In this document: one piece after another, positions 10,442 through 21,000 of the stretch
Position numbering within the stretch: the stretch's first letter is position 1
How the letters are laid out: each line of letters begins with the position of its first letter
IMG/VR virus record: IMGVR_UViG_3300027816_000052
Span: 192,030 to 256,029 of that record
DNA: 64,000 nucleotides
Direction: 5' to 3' (one strand)
Program-made: the position numbers and the translations under genes
The notes under the pieces: model-generated
The model's input: the letters and a program-made list of their open reading frames with translations, nothing else
Told to the model about the DNA's origin: nothing
Databases searched by the model: none

Positions 10442-11221
10442 ATGATAAATAAAATTATTCATTTTAGTGACCTACACATTAGGTTATTTAAGGATCACGA
10501 TTTGTATCGTGAAATTATGTCTGATGCTTTTAAACAGTGGAGAGATATAAAACCAGATAGAATTGTTTTTACTGGTGATTTGGTTCATAGTAAGAATCAA
10601 ATGACACCAGAACTTGTAGAAATGATTCGTTGGGTTTTGACCGAATGTTCAAGTATTTGTAAAACAATTCTAATTCCGGGAAACCATGATTTTCTTGAAA
10701 ACAATATGTCGAGACTTGATGCAATTAGTCCTGTTCTTGACGCACTAAATGATTCAAATATTGTTTATTACAAAACAAGAGGTGTTTATGAAGATGATAA
10801 CATTGATTGGGTTGTATATTCATTGTATGAACATAATATACCTCCGGTAATTGAAAAAAATGATAGACTAAAAATTGGATTATTTCATGGACCAATTGTT
10901 GGATTAAAGACTGATGTTGGTTATGAGTTTGATTCGGGTTTTGATAAGAATGGATTTGATGGGTGCGACCTCGTTTTATGTGGGGATATACACAGGAGGC
11001 AAATTTTTGATATCCCAAATGGAAGAAAAGCATATATGATTGGCTCATGCGCTATGCAGAATTTTGGTGAGAAAATATCCAATCATGGTTATGGGGTTTA
11101 TGATGTAAAACAAGATAAATATACTACTCACGATTTGACAAATAAGAGACCATTTCTTAAATTTAAGATATCGTCAATCGATGATATTGAAAATGGTAAT
11201 GAAATTTTAGTAAATGAATGA
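10442..11221 (+). CDS. SbcD/Mre11-like metallophosphoesterase nuclease (gp47-like)
   Basis: SDLH, GDLVH, GNHD, FHG, GDIH motifs; SbcC-like gene nearby. Confidence 0.85.
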   Translation: MINKIIHFSDLHIRLFKDHDLYREIMSDAFKQWRDIKPDRIVFTGDLVHSKNQMTPELVEMIRWVLTECSSICKTILIPGNHDFLENNMSRLDAISPVLDALNDSNIVYYKTRGVYEDDNIDWVVYSLYEHNIPPVIEKNDRLKIGLFHGPIVGLKTDVGYEFDSGFDKNGFDGCDLVLCGDIHRRQIFDIPNGRKAYMIGSCAMQNFGEKISNHGYGVYDVKQDKYTTHDLTNKRPFLKFKISSIDDIENGNEILVNE

Positions 11222-11718
11222 CGATTCCAAAAAACATAAAAGATGAAATTAATCAATATTGTAAATTAAATAATATTGAAAATGTTGATTCTTTTTTTAT
11301 TAAAATAATTAAAAGCGGTTTTGATATTGAAAAATATGGTCTTTTGAATGACGTTGAACCAAAAATTATTGAAAAAGAAATAGAAAAAATAGTTTATCGT
11401 GATGTTATAAAAGAAGTACCTGTAATTGAATATGTTGAGATTGAAAAACCGGTTGAAGTTATAAAAGAAGTGACAAAAGAAATTCCTGTTGAAAATCAAG
11501 TTATTAAAGAGGTAATTGTTGAAAAAGAAATTATTATTGAAAATAAAGAAAAACAAAAAGCTCTGGAAGCAACAATACAAAAACTTAGAAACGAATTAAA
11601 TGAGAAAAACAAAAAAATTGGTGAACTAGAAAATACGTTAAACGAAATTAATACAGTTTACAGTAAACCGGCAATTTTTTTGAATGGCTCAAACTTAAAC
11701 AATCCAATAAAAAAATAA
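11218..11718 (+). CDS. coiled-coil protein with EVIKEV-type repeats
   Basis: Repeated (V/I)IKEV units then a coiled coil. Confidence 0.5.
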   Translation: MTIPKNIKDEINQYCKLNNIENVDSFFIKIIKSGFDIEKYGLLNDVEPKIIEKEIEKIVYRDVIKEVPVIEYVEIEKPVEVIKEVTKEIPVENQVIKEVIVEKEIIIENKEKQKALEATIQKLRNELNEKNKKIGELENTLNEINTVYSKPAIFLNGSNLNNPIKK

Positions 11719-11721
11719 ATT

Positions 11722-12645
11722 ATGTCTAAAATCGAAGAATTAAAAAAACAAAACCCCAATCTTATAATTGATTTTGTTGATGTTATTAAACTTTTATTAG
11801 AAAAACCAAAATATGTTGAATTAATGGTTAACTTATCTAAGAAAGATAAAAAATTTGATTCGGAAAAACCTTATATTAAAAATAATTTAAGAGAAAATTT
11901 TTATATTTCGGAAGAAAAAACTAAAGATAAATCATCAATTGAACTTATAATAATTAATTATTTCGTAGAAACATTTATTGGTAAAGACAATTACGAAATA
12001 TTTTATGATTTTATGTCATATAATGAAAGAAAATTAATTGAGAATAACGATTTAAGTAAATATTCATCTTTTGATGATGTTAGAAATGCGGTTGCTATTG
12101 CCGAATTAAAATCAAATACAAAAGAATTTGAAAAAGAAATTGTTAAATTATATGAAACAAATGAGTGGTTGGTTTTAAAACCATTAAGCTGGGAAGCATC
12201 AAAAAAATATGGTAATAGTACGAAATGGTGTACAGCAGCTAGAGGCGAATATTATCAATTTTACCGATACTCTAAACAGGGTATTCTAATTTATTGTTTA
12301 AATAAATTAACAGGTAAAAAAGTTGCGTTCTTTAAAGAACTTGATAATGAAATTTCTTTTTGGAATGCTGAAGATAGAAGAATCGATTCAATTGAATCTG
12401 GATTATCTATAGATGTTCTTGATATTATCAAAAACGAAATTCATAATTGTAAAAATTCTAATTTTTCTTTGTTTAGTCAAAATGAAATTCTAAATTATAA
12501 TTCTTTAATGGAGGATAACGTTAAAGATGTGAGTAATGAACTTCAAGTATACGATGAAAATCATTTTAGAAACAATACAGCGGAATACGTTGTACGGGAT
12601 GAGCCAAGAAATCAACTTAGAATTGTATATCCACCAAATAATTGA
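11722..12645 (+). CDS. hypothetical protein, GxxTKWC-motif family copy 2
   Basis: PLSWEASKKYGNSTKWCTA motif. Confidence 0.6.
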   Translation: MSKIEELKKQNPNLIIDFVDVIKLLLEKPKYVELMVNLSKKDKKFDSEKPYIKNNLRENFYISEEKTKDKSSIELIIINYFVETFIGKDNYEIFYDFMSYNERKLIENNDLSKYSSFDDVRNAVAIAELKSNTKEFEKEIVKLYETNEWLVLKPLSWEASKKYGNSTKWCTAARGEYYQFYRYSKQGILIYCLNKLTGKKVAFFKELDNEISFWNAEDRRIDSIESGLSIDVLDIIKNEIHNCKNSNFSLFSQNEILNYNSLMEDNVKDVSNELQVYDENHFRNNTAEYVVRDEPRNQLRIVYPPNN

Positions 12646-12654
12646 TAAAATAGT

Positions 12655-12999
12655 ATGATAACAAAATTAATTTTATGGAGTATATTAAGTTACGGCTTAA
12701 TGAATATAATGGTTTACGGTTCAATCTTTTCCGGATTAAGAAATGACTTAGAATCGTGGGGTAATAGTAAATTACCGCTTAATGAACTTGCTAATTTTAT
12801 AAGCGGAATACTATCATGTCCGATGTGTTTCTCGGTCTGGGGTGGGTTTTTTCTAGGTGTATTTGTATATTCACCAACAAATGAGTTGTTTGATATATCA
12901 AAATATATTTCATGGTTTTTCGATGGAATTTATTCATCCGGAATTGTTTGGTCAATAAACGCCATTGTTGAATGGTTTGAAGAATCTAAAAATAAATAA
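12655..12999 (+). CDS. membrane protein with CxxC
   Basis: Hydrophobic helices around SCPMCFSVW. Confidence 0.55.
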   Translation: MITKLILWSILSYGLMNIMVYGSIFSGLRNDLESWGNSKLPLNELANFISGILSCPMCFSVWGGFFLGVFVYSPTNELFDISKYISWFFDGIYSSGIVWSINAIVEWFEESKNK

Positions 13000-13000
13000 A

Positions 13001-13186
13001 ATGGGACAAAAAAAGAAAGAACATAGAAAAAAAATTAAAGCACGTAATGAACGTATTAAACAAGAACGTAATCGTGTTGAGAAAATATACAGTGAAATGT
13101 ATAAAAAAGTAATGATGGAGAGAATTAAGGAGATTAGTGCTAAAACATCAGGTGATACACAAAATGAAGAGCAAAAAACTATTTAA
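13001..13186 (+). CDS. small basic hypothetical protein
   Basis: ORF 12965..13186; MGQKKKEHRKK start near 13001 preferred. Confidence 0.4.
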   Translation: MGQKKKEHRKKIKARNERIKQERNRVEKIYSEMYKKVMMERIKEISAKTSGDTQNEEQKTI

Positions 13187-13189
13187 CGA

Positions 13190-15517
13190 ATGAATATTTC
13201 AATAGAAAAATTAGATAACCCCTATGTACAGATTGTTTGGGAGGATTCACCAGAAAATTTCACGCAGGAAAGAATTAAGCGTGTCAAAACATATTTTTCA
13301 AAGAAGTATAATACCTCTAATGTTAACATTGTTTTAAAAACAATCCTTGAGAAAGAAGAAGAGGATACAACTGTTGACACCTCTTTTAACATTCTAGATA
13401 AAAATTATCAACTTGATGTTGTTAAAAATTATTTAACTCAAAAAGGTCTTGAGAATTCTTATGAGGATGTTGTTGGAATAAACAACATTGTTGAAAATAA
13501 TTTGGTATTAAGTAACCCAGATATTTCACCATTTAAAAAATGGTATATCAAAAAAATTGAATTTTCAAATTTTTTATCGTATGGTGAGGACCAAGTTTTG
13601 GATTATGAAACATTAAGAGGTATTAGTGTTATTGAGTCGAATCCAAAAAATTTCGGGGGTAAAACAATTTTAGGGCTGGAATTACTTTTATATCTATTTT
13701 TTAACTCAACATCTAGAACTTCAAAAGCTGAAGATATCTTTAATAAATTCTCAGATAAGAATAAGGTCACTGTAAAGGGAACTATTAATATTGATGGTGA
13801 AGATTATGTGATTATTAGAACCGCAGAAAGAAAATTAAATAAAACAGGTGAGTGGAATGTAAAAACCGAACTTGATTTTTTTAAAGTTCTTCCAGATGGT
13901 GAGCTTCAAAATTTCACAGGAGAACAAAGAAGAGAGACTGAGAAATTTATAAAAACATCAATTGGTGAACAAGAAGATTTCTTAATGACTATTCTAACAA
14001 CATCTTCCAATCTAGAAGAACTCTTAGAAGCAAAACCCACCGCTAGAGGTCAAGTTTTAAGTAGATTCCTTGGGTTAGATGTTCTTAAGAAGAAAGAAGA
14101 AATAGCTAAAGAGCTTTACTCGAATTATTCAAAAGGAATGCTTTCAAATGTGTTTAATGTTGAGCAATTAAAAAATGACAATATTGAACATGAAAAAATG
14201 ATTGGTATTTTAAACGATTCTAATAAAGAACTTGATGTTAAATTAAATGAGGTTATCGAGAAGATTAAAATCGGTGAAAAATACCGCGAAGATTTATTAA
14301 AAACAAAACATTCTGATATTGACAAAGATTTGATTATCTTTGAACCCGAAAAAGCTAAAAACGACATTATAAAGATAACCAAAGAAAAGACTGATTATCA
14401 AAAAGAATTATCCGTCCTTAAAGTAGTTGAACCATCGGAATTTTATCATGAGGATAAACATGATGAAGTTAAAGAAAAAATCACAACTAGAAAAAGTGAA
14501 GTTGCTGTTATAGGTAGTCAATTACGAGAAATTGATTCATTAATGTCTAAGTACTCAAATGGGATAAAATGTGAGCACTGCGGAATTGAATTAATAAATG
14601 CAACATATACGCAGGAAAAAATTTCTAGAAAAAATGATTTAACCGACAAATTAAATTTAATTAATAATGAACTAAATTCATTATCTGTTAGTGAACAAAG
14701 TTTTACTAAATTAAAGAAAGAATTTGATGAATATGAAAAAGCAAAATTAATTAAGGAGAAATTTGAAGTTAGTATTGATGCTTGCGATATTAAAATAAAC
14801 TCTATTGAGGAAAAAATTAATCGATATAATGATGCACAAAGTAAAATTGCAGATAATCAAAAGATTGATGGTCTGCTAATAAAAGCAAAAGTTAGGATTG
14901 ATGAATTAAATTCGGATAAAGATAGGGTAAACAAAGAAATTAATAACAACAATTTCCAGATTAAATCTTATCATCAGAAAATAGATGAGAACAATAAGAG
15001 AATTATTAAAATTGCTGAAGAATTTGAAAAAGAGAAAATATATAAAATATATCTTGATATTTACGGTAAAAATGGAATTTCAAAAATTATAATGAAATCT
15101 ATGATTCCATTAATTAATTCTGAACTCCAAAGACTTCTTGAGGATTCCGCATTATTTACTCTTCAAATTAAAATAAATGATAAAAATGAAGTTGAGTTCT
15201 GGATGACGGATAACTCAAGCGGAATTGAAAAACTTATGGTCACAGGTTCTGGTTATGAAAGAACAATTGCAAGTCTAGCCCTTAGGTCCGTTCTGTCAAA
15301 AGTTTGTTCATTACCGAAACCGAATATTATAGTATTCGATGAGATTTTTGGTAAAGTATCTGATGATAATTTAGAAATGGTTGGAGAGTTCTTCAAGAAA
15401 ATAAAGGAGTATTTTGACAAAATCTTAATTATTACACATAATCCATTAGTATCAAATTGGGCTGATAGTATAATTAAAATTAAGAAAGAAAATAACATTA
15501 GTAAGATTGTTAATTAA
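13190..15517 (+). CDS. SbcC/Rad50-like ATPase (gp46-like)
   Basis: Walker A NFGGKT, coiled coil with CEHCG zinc hook, signature-like GSGYE, Walker B IVFDE, ITH. Confidence 0.9.
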   Translation: MNISIEKLDNPYVQIVWEDSPENFTQERIKRVKTYFSKKYNTSNVNIVLKTILEKEEEDTTVDTSFNILDKNYQLDVVKNYLTQKGLENSYEDVVGINNIVENNLVLSNPDISPFKKWYIKKIEFSNFLSYGEDQVLDYETLRGISVIESNPKNFGGKTILGLELLLYLFFNSTSRTSKAEDIFNKFSDKNKVTVKGTINIDGEDYVIIRTAERKLNKTGEWNVKTELDFFKVLPDGELQNFTGEQRRETEKFIKTSIGEQEDFLMTILTTSSNLEELLEAKPTARGQVLSRFLGLDVLKKKEEIAKELYSNYSKGMLSNVFNVEQLKNDNIEHEKMIGILNDSNKELDVKLNEVIEKIKIGEKYREDLLKTKHSDIDKDLIIFEPEKAKNDIIKITKEKTDYQKELSVLKVVEPSEFYHEDKHDEVKEKITTRKSEVAVIGSQLREIDSLMSKYSNGIKCEHCGIELINATYTQEKISRKNDLTDKLNLINNELNSLSVSEQSFTKLKKEFDEYEKAKLIKEKFEVSIDACDIKINSIEEKINRYNDAQSKIADNQKIDGLLIKAKVRIDELNSDKDRVNKEINNNNFQIKSYHQKIDENNKRIIKIAEEFEKEKIYKIYLDIYGKNGISKIIMKSMIPLINSELQRLLEDSALFTLQIKINDKNEVEFWMTDNSSGIEKLMVTGSGYERTIASLALRSVLSKVCSLPKPNIIVFDEIFGKVSDDNLEMVGEFFKKIKEYFDKILIITHNPLVSNWADSIIKIKKENNISKIVN

Positions 15518-15915
15518 AATTTAGCATCAAATGGATTTGTTAAATCACCAGTTTTAAATGCAACACCGCCCACATAATTATTTTCTTTAATTTGGCTGGC
15601 AAAATATTCCATCATTTTCATGGCAACATTACGATCAAATTCTTTATCGTCAGTTTCAGGAACAAATAAATCAACATATATCGAGCCTCTAGCTCTTCTA
15701 TGTGGCTTACCATCTGAATCAATATCATCAATGACAGCTTCATCAAATTCATCATTAGAATCTATTAATTGCTTTAATTTATTAATTAATTCTTGTCTTG
15801 GATTATAGTCATCAATCTCTTCATCATTAAACTCATCATTATCAGATTGCTCTAATAAAAATTTTTTTAATTCAGTAATTAATTCAGATTCGGTTAATTT
15901 AATTTTTTTAGACAT
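15514..15915 (-). CDS. acidic putative virion-internal protein with KIKLTESEL N-terminus
   Basis: N-terminal motif shared with 34918..35490, 33344 and 54479; upstream GATATTTAT on the minus strand. Confidence 0.5.
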   Translation of the reverse strand: MSKKIKLTESELITELKKFLLEQSDNDEFNDEEIDDYNPRQELINKLKQLIDSNDEFDEAVIDDIDSDGKPHRRARGSIYVDLFVPETDDKEFDRNVAMKMMEYFASQIKENNYVGGVAFKTGDLTNPFDAKF

Positions 15916-15954
15916 ATTAAATAGTTTTAAACATAAATATCAGAAAAAAATAAA

Positions 15955-16518
15955 ATGGAAACATACTTATTGTTTATTTATTCGGATTTTAAAGATAACG
16001 AAAATAAAATTACTTTAATTACCGAATGTCTTTCACCGATTGTTGTTTCACCAAAATTAAAATTTAATTATGGTGATAATTCTATGATTATAAATTTTAA
16101 AACTGATTTAGAATTTAATGAATTAAAGGATTATGTTTCTGAAGTTCTCGCATTATTAGTAAATCAATATTTTTTATTAAATTATTCTGACAAGTTGTCA
16201 GTAAATATGCCAAAAAATTTATATAATCATTTATTTGATTTAGAGAACGAAACAGAAAATGTTGATTTGGACACTAGAAATTTTATTCCAGAAAAAAAAG
16301 GAGTTGGACCAAATTTTTCTATTTTTGAAGGGGAAATTTCATTACCTTTGCCGATAAGCGGCACAACTTTTGGTGTCACAATTTTTACACCACAAGACAA
16401 TACCGAAAGTCAAAAAATAAATTATACAATTGATGACATTTTAGATAAGATAAATAAAACTGGTTATGAATCATTAACCGAAGAAGAAAAAAATTTTTTA
16501 AAAAACTCAAAATATTAA
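15955..16518 (+). CDS. hypothetical protein with C-terminal IDDILDKI..GYESLT.EE (DUF6576-like) module
   Basis: C-terminal IDDILDKINKTGYESLTEEEKNFL motif. Confidence 0.5.
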   Translation: METYLLFIYSDFKDNENKITLITECLSPIVVSPKLKFNYGDNSMIINFKTDLEFNELKDYVSEVLALLVNQYFLLNYSDKLSVNMPKNLYNHLFDLENETENVDLDTRNFIPEKKGVGPNFSIFEGEISLPLPISGTTFGVTIFTPQDNTESQKINYTIDDILDKINKTGYESLTEEEKNFLKNSKY

Positions 16519-16522
16519 TAAA

Positions 16523-17323
16523 ATGAAAGACAAAAACACTACAGTTTCAATTAACCAAGAAGAAATTTATGGGTACTTAAAAGATATCCGTAAATTTAAA
16601 GTAATGACTCCTGAAAGGGAAAGAGAGCTTTCTGAAGTAATGAATAGCGGCATCGCAAATAAAGAGCAGATAGATGATATTAAAAAAGAACTCCTTGAGG
16701 GTAACTTACGGTTTGTCATTAGTGTGGCAAAACAATATCAAAATCAAGGACTGGAATTGGGTGACTTAATTGCTGAAGGTAATTTGGGTTTGATTAAGGC
16801 AATTGATAGCTTTGATTGGACCAAAAAATTAAGATTTATTTCATATGCTGTTTGGTGGATTAGACAATCAGTAATTCAATCATTAAATGAAAAATCTAGA
16901 TCAATTAGAATTCCTGTAAACGTAATTCAAGATTTACAAAAGGAAAAGAAAAAGTCTGAAAAAACTGGTGATAACCTGTCAGATAGATTTTCTTCATTAC
17001 CGTCAATTGTTAAATTAGATATGAATATTAATGAAGATGGTGATTCATTGATTGATGTAATTGTAAACCCAAATGCGTTATCACCCGACTCAGGGTTCTC
17101 AACTCAGGACACATTAAAACAAAAATTATTTGATGTTATGAATATTCTTGATGAGAGGGAGAAAGTTATTATTGATGATTATTTTGGTTTAAGTGGATCA
17201 ACAAGAACACTTGAGGAAATTGGAAATGATTTTAATCTTACCAAAGAACGTATTCGTCAAATAAAAGAAAGAGCATTGAGAAAGCTTAGAAACCAATCAT
17301 CAGAGTTATTTGAATATATGTGA
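16523..17323 (+). CDS. RNA polymerase sigma-70 factor, RpoD/SigA-like
   Basis: Region 2 NLRFVISVAKQY...DLIAEGNLGL...YAVWWIRQ; region 4 TLEEIG...LTKERIRQIKERALRKLR. Confidence 0.93.
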   Translation: MKDKNTTVSINQEEIYGYLKDIRKFKVMTPERERELSEVMNSGIANKEQIDDIKKELLEGNLRFVISVAKQYQNQGLELGDLIAEGNLGLIKAIDSFDWTKKLRFISYAVWWIRQSVIQSLNEKSRSIRIPVNVIQDLQKEKKKSEKTGDNLSDRFSSLPSIVKLDMNINEDGDSLIDVIVNPNALSPDSGFSTQDTLKQKLFDVMNILDEREKVIIDDYFGLSGSTRTLEEIGNDFNLTKERIRQIKERALRKLRNQSSELFEYM

Positions 17324-17349
17324 TATTTATTAAAAAAAACAAAAAAAAA

Positions 17350-17628
17350 ATGAAAATAATTGAAAAATATTTTAATATTATTGTTCTGGTATTTCTATTT
17401 TTAATCTTCTTTAGAAGCTGTGGTGCTGGTAGCGAAATTTCTAGAGTTAATAAAAAAATAACGATAATTGAGAATAAAATAGATTCTTTGGAAAAAAGAA
17501 CAATCACTGAAAAAACATTAAATAAAAACCTACAAAATAATATGTGGGATTTTCTTGAATTGGAGGAATTGAGCGATAAAAATAAAATACCCATTAATCA
17601 ATTAAAAAATGAAAGACATAAAAAATAA
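17350..17628 (+). CDS. membrane-anchored small protein
   Basis: N-terminal hydrophobic helix ending RSCG; GATATTTAT upstream. Confidence 0.45.
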   Translation: MKIIEKYFNIIVLVFLFLIFFRSCGAGSEISRVNKKITIIENKIDSLEKRTITEKTLNKNLQNNMWDFLELEELSDKNKIPINQLKNERHKK

Positions 17629-18040
17629 TGTTTGGATTCCAAATGTTGGTGAGGGAATATTCATAATCGAAACAAATGAATGGTATATTGTAAAAAGATT
17701 ATTAACATTAAATTCTTGGCCCATATATACACCATCATTAGAAGATGAAGATAACGCCATAATTGGTGTTGAAGTGATCAATAATGCTGGTCGTAAATTA
17801 AAATATAGGTTAGATGAAATAAGACAAGAAACATTTTGTCAGTACTTAAAAAGACCGACAGGTGTTGGAAGAACACCTTGGACAAAAGTAATTATTATGT
17901 CCATGATAATGATTTTTGGTCATATCACATCTATTATTACTTGGAATGAGAATGGTTGGGTTGGAACATTGTTATTAATTATCACTTTAATTGTTTGGTT
18001 CTATTCGACATGGCGCAATTATAAAAATATAAATCAATGA
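17609..18040 (+). CDS. hypothetical membrane protein
   Basis: Two C-terminal hydrophobic helices. Confidence 0.5.
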   Translation: MKDIKNNVWIPNVGEGIFIIETNEWYIVKRLLTLNSWPIYTPSLEDEDNAIIGVEVINNAGRKLKYRLDEIRQETFCQYLKRPTGVGRTPWTKVIIMSMIMIFGHITSIITWNENGWVGTLLLIITLIVWFYSTWRNYKNINQ

Positions 18041-18041
18041 C

Positions 18042-18782
18042 ATGAAAAATTGGATACAAAATAACTTGAAAAACATAATAGTAACTTGCTTTATAATACC
18101 AATTTTATTGGTTGCATTTGTTTCTATTTCTCATGTAACAACTATGTATGAATTATCAAATCCAATTGTTTGGTCTATCTATTTATCAATAGCAATTGAA
18201 ATCGCTGCACTATCTGCATTAGCCGCAGTTTCTGTTAAAATGGGTAGATTTATTTATATACCATTTATAATCGTAACAATAATCCAATTTCTAGGTAATC
18301 TTTTTTTTGCCTACTCATTTATTGATGAAACATCAGTTGCATTTAAAAATTGGGTTGAATTAATTGGCCCTTTATTTGAACCTATGGGAATTGAGTTGTT
18401 AGATATACCATCTCAGAAAAGAATATTAGCTTTCTTTACCGGTGGGTTATTACCATTTATTTCATTGACTTTTGCACACATGCTGGTTGTTTTTACTGAA
18501 AAACAAAAAGAAGATAAAGAAGTTAAAACTAATGATATTAATACCAAATCAATCCAACAAGATACGCAAGATATTGAGGAATTGAGTAAAAAGTTATCAA
18601 AGTGGGAGAACGAACAACTCCCAGAAGAAAAACCGATTAACCCAACAGAAGAAGAAATTAAAAAAATGGAGGAAATTTTATTAAAAAAACAATCAATCAC
18701 AGAAGATTCAGTCATTGATGAAACTCAAAATCAAACAGAACCAACAATAAAAAAATTAGTCTACACCAAAAATGGTGAATAA
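18042..18782 (+). CDS. multi-pass membrane protein with acidic tail
   Basis: Several TM helices followed by a charged C-terminus. Confidence 0.55.
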   Translation: MKNWIQNNLKNIIVTCFIIPILLVAFVSISHVTTMYELSNPIVWSIYLSIAIEIAALSALAAVSVKMGRFIYIPFIIVTIIQFLGNLFFAYSFIDETSVAFKNWVELIGPLFEPMGIELLDIPSQKRILAFFTGGLLPFISLTFAHMLVVFTEKQKEDKEVKTNDINTKSIQQDTQDIEELSKKLSKWENEQLPEEKPINPTEEEIKKMEEILLKKQSITEDSVIDETQNQTEPTIKKLVYTKNGE

Positions 18783-19368
18783 TGAGTTTAAATTAACAAC
18801 AGATATCTTTGAGAAAAATGAAAGTAAAAAACAAATATTACTTTCAAACTCCTTTAGATATTTTGATGATTTCAAAAATCAACTAATTTATAGATTTAAC
18901 GGTAAAAGCAAAAAAATACCTCACTATTTTATAAAGAAAAATGGTGAGATTTTTTGTTTTATAAGCCCAGAGTGTATTTCTGAATATTTTTTATCAAGTA
19001 ATAAAAATGATTTAATACATATATGTTTAGAAAATATTGGTTGGGTTGAGAAAGTTCCTATGAAAGATTATTATTCAAATTGGTTGGGAATTATTAAAAA
19101 ACAAGATATTTATGAGAAGAAGTGGAGAGATTATTTTTTTTGGGATACTTATACCGACGAACAAATAAACTCATTAATTGAATTATGTAAAAATATAACA
19201 ATGGAAATGTCAATGAAATATAAATTTATTGGACATAATACAAAATCTGTTTCAGTTGAAACTTACGAAGGAATTACTTGTAGGAGTAATTATAACTCAT
19301 TTTATACCGATTTAAACCCATCGTTTCCCTTCTCAACCTTTATTAAAAAATTAGAATATGAAAAATAA
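18772..19368 (+). CDS. Amidase_2-like protein, probably catalytically degenerate
   Basis: PHYFIKKNGEI, ICLENIG, YTDEQINSLIEL and DLNP motifs; expected Zn-ligand His positions replaced. Confidence 0.6.
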   Translation: MVNNEFKLTTDIFEKNESKKQILLSNSFRYFDDFKNQLIYRFNGKSKKIPHYFIKKNGEIFCFISPECISEYFLSSNKNDLIHICLENIGWVEKVPMKDYYSNWLGIIKKQDIYEKKWRDYFFWDTYTDEQINSLIELCKNITMEMSMKYKFIGHNTKSVSVETYEGITCRSNYNSFYTDLNPSFPFSTFIKKLEYEK

Positions 19369-19942
19369 TTACGACGAAATAAAAGAATTACTTAAAAAAT
19401 CTAGATCATTACAGAAAAATGATTTGGTAATGGAAGATATTAAAAAAATTTGGAATAATGCTTCTTTAATTTCTGAACAAGAAAGAATTAATATGGCTAA
19501 AGAAATTGAAAAAGATATCGAAGATGATGAATTACGTGATGAAGTCACACCTAAGGATAAACAACAGAAATATAGAGTTTCTGGTGGGTTTATTGTTGTT
19601 CATGGTAAAACAAATTCCGATTTACAGTTAACTATCGATGAAAAAGCTGCATTTCAAGATACAATGAATGAATTCATAGAGGAAGTTTCAAATCTAGTTG
19701 AATTTTATCCTCTTAATTTATACTCTAGCGATGTTGAATGGTCAGGTAAAATAATTGATATGGATTTAGAATTTATTTTTTCTGTCGGTGAAACAAACGG
19801 GATTTATGTAAATGGCACTATGAATAAAGTAGATGAAGAATATTTGGCATTTATCGATAAACTTCAAAAATTTTATGATAAATTTAAAGTTAGATGGGGT
19901 AAAATAATTACAATAAGAAAAAAAACTGAACCTTTAAAATAA
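19358..19942 (+). CDS. hypothetical putative virion protein
   Basis: ORF track; LISEQ-type motif. Confidence 0.45.
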   Translation: MKNNYDEIKELLKKSRSLQKNDLVMEDIKKIWNNASLISEQERINMAKEIEKDIEDDELRDEVTPKDKQQKYRVSGGFIVVHGKTNSDLQLTIDEKAAFQDTMNEFIEEVSNLVEFYPLNLYSSDVEWSGKIIDMDLEFIFSVGETNGIYVNGTMNKVDEEYLAFIDKLQKFYDKFKVRWGKIITIRKKTEPLK

Positions 19943-19948
19943 TATCAC

Positions 19949-20194
19949 ATGGCACTAACCGATACCGATAAAAGAGATATTGAAGTAATGATTAGAAAAG
20001 AAATTAAAGATTTCTTAAATTCTAACACACTAAATCAGTTTGAGGATAAAATGATTGATGTGATTAGAAAAGAAATTTCTAGAGGTAAGATTGAAAGCGA
20101 TGTTAAGGACATTGTTGTAAGAATGTTACGTGAATTTTATGGATTCATGTATACCCAGAGATCTTACTGGGAATCAAGAATAAAATCAGCATAA
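19949..20194 (+). CDS. hypothetical protein
   Basis: ORF track; operonic. Confidence 0.45.
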   Translation: MALTDTDKRDIEVMIRKEIKDFLNSNTLNQFEDKMIDVIRKEISRGKIESDVKDIVVRMLREFYGFMYTQRSYWESRIKSA

Positions 20195-20198
20195 TATA

Positions 20199-20969
20199 AT
20201 GGCAAACATTAAAGATACAATAGATAGCGCATTTTCACAAGCAGCAGCACAAAGTGATGTTTCTAGAGGTGAAATGGCAATAAAAGCATCAGATTTAAAA
20301 AATCAGATGAAAGTTAATGCTAACGAAGAAAAAAATAAAAAAACTAAAAAACGAATAACAAAAGAAGCGACAACATCGGGGTCATCTGGTGCATATATTC
20401 AGTCACTTTCTAATGGTGAAACCAAAGAAGAGACCCTTAAAGGTGGTATGGCAGATAATAAAACGTTAAATCAATTAGCAAAAAAACATAATGTTAAAAA
20501 AACGACATTAGAAAAACAATTAAAGAAAGGTATGAATGTTGAAAAAGAACATGTTAGTAAAACTGGTTCTAGAAAAGAAATTGCTATGGATCATCTTACC
20601 GAAGATCCAAAATATTACGATAAATTAGAAAAACTGGAAAAAAAAGGAAAGAAAACCGAAACAAAAGAAGCTACTGGCGCATCATCTGCTGGTCAGTATT
20701 CGGGTCCAGCATTCTTAGCTAAAAGCATGAATAAAAAAGATTGGAGAGGAGCCTCTAAAACACAGTACCCCGGTGGTAAATTTGTTGAAGTTAAGAAAAA
20801 ATGTAAGACCTTTCCATACTGCAATCAAGGCAACATTAAGTCGTTGAAGTTATTTGAAAATGAACAACTTAATAATATTATTAAAAAGATTTCTGAAAAA
20901 CATAATATATCTGAAAATATAATTAAAAATATTCTCATTTATGAAATGCAAAAAAAAGGAATAATTTAA
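20199..20969 (+). CDS. putative virion-internal protein containing a DUF5661-like module
   Basis: KGMNVEKEH...EIAMDHLTEDPKYYDKL; two KEATxxSSxG motifs. Confidence 0.55.
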   Translation: MANIKDTIDSAFSQAAAQSDVSRGEMAIKASDLKNQMKVNANEEKNKKTKKRITKEATTSGSSGAYIQSLSNGETKEETLKGGMADNKTLNQLAKKHNVKKTTLEKQLKKGMNVEKEHVSKTGSRKEIAMDHLTEDPKYYDKLEKLEKKGKKTETKEATGASSAGQYSGPAFLAKSMNKKDWRGASKTQYPGGKFVEVKKKCKTFPYCNQGNIKSLKLFENEQLNNIIKKISEKHNISENIIKNILIYEMQKKGII

Positions 20970-21000
20970 AATATAACGATATTTATAATTAAAAATAAAA

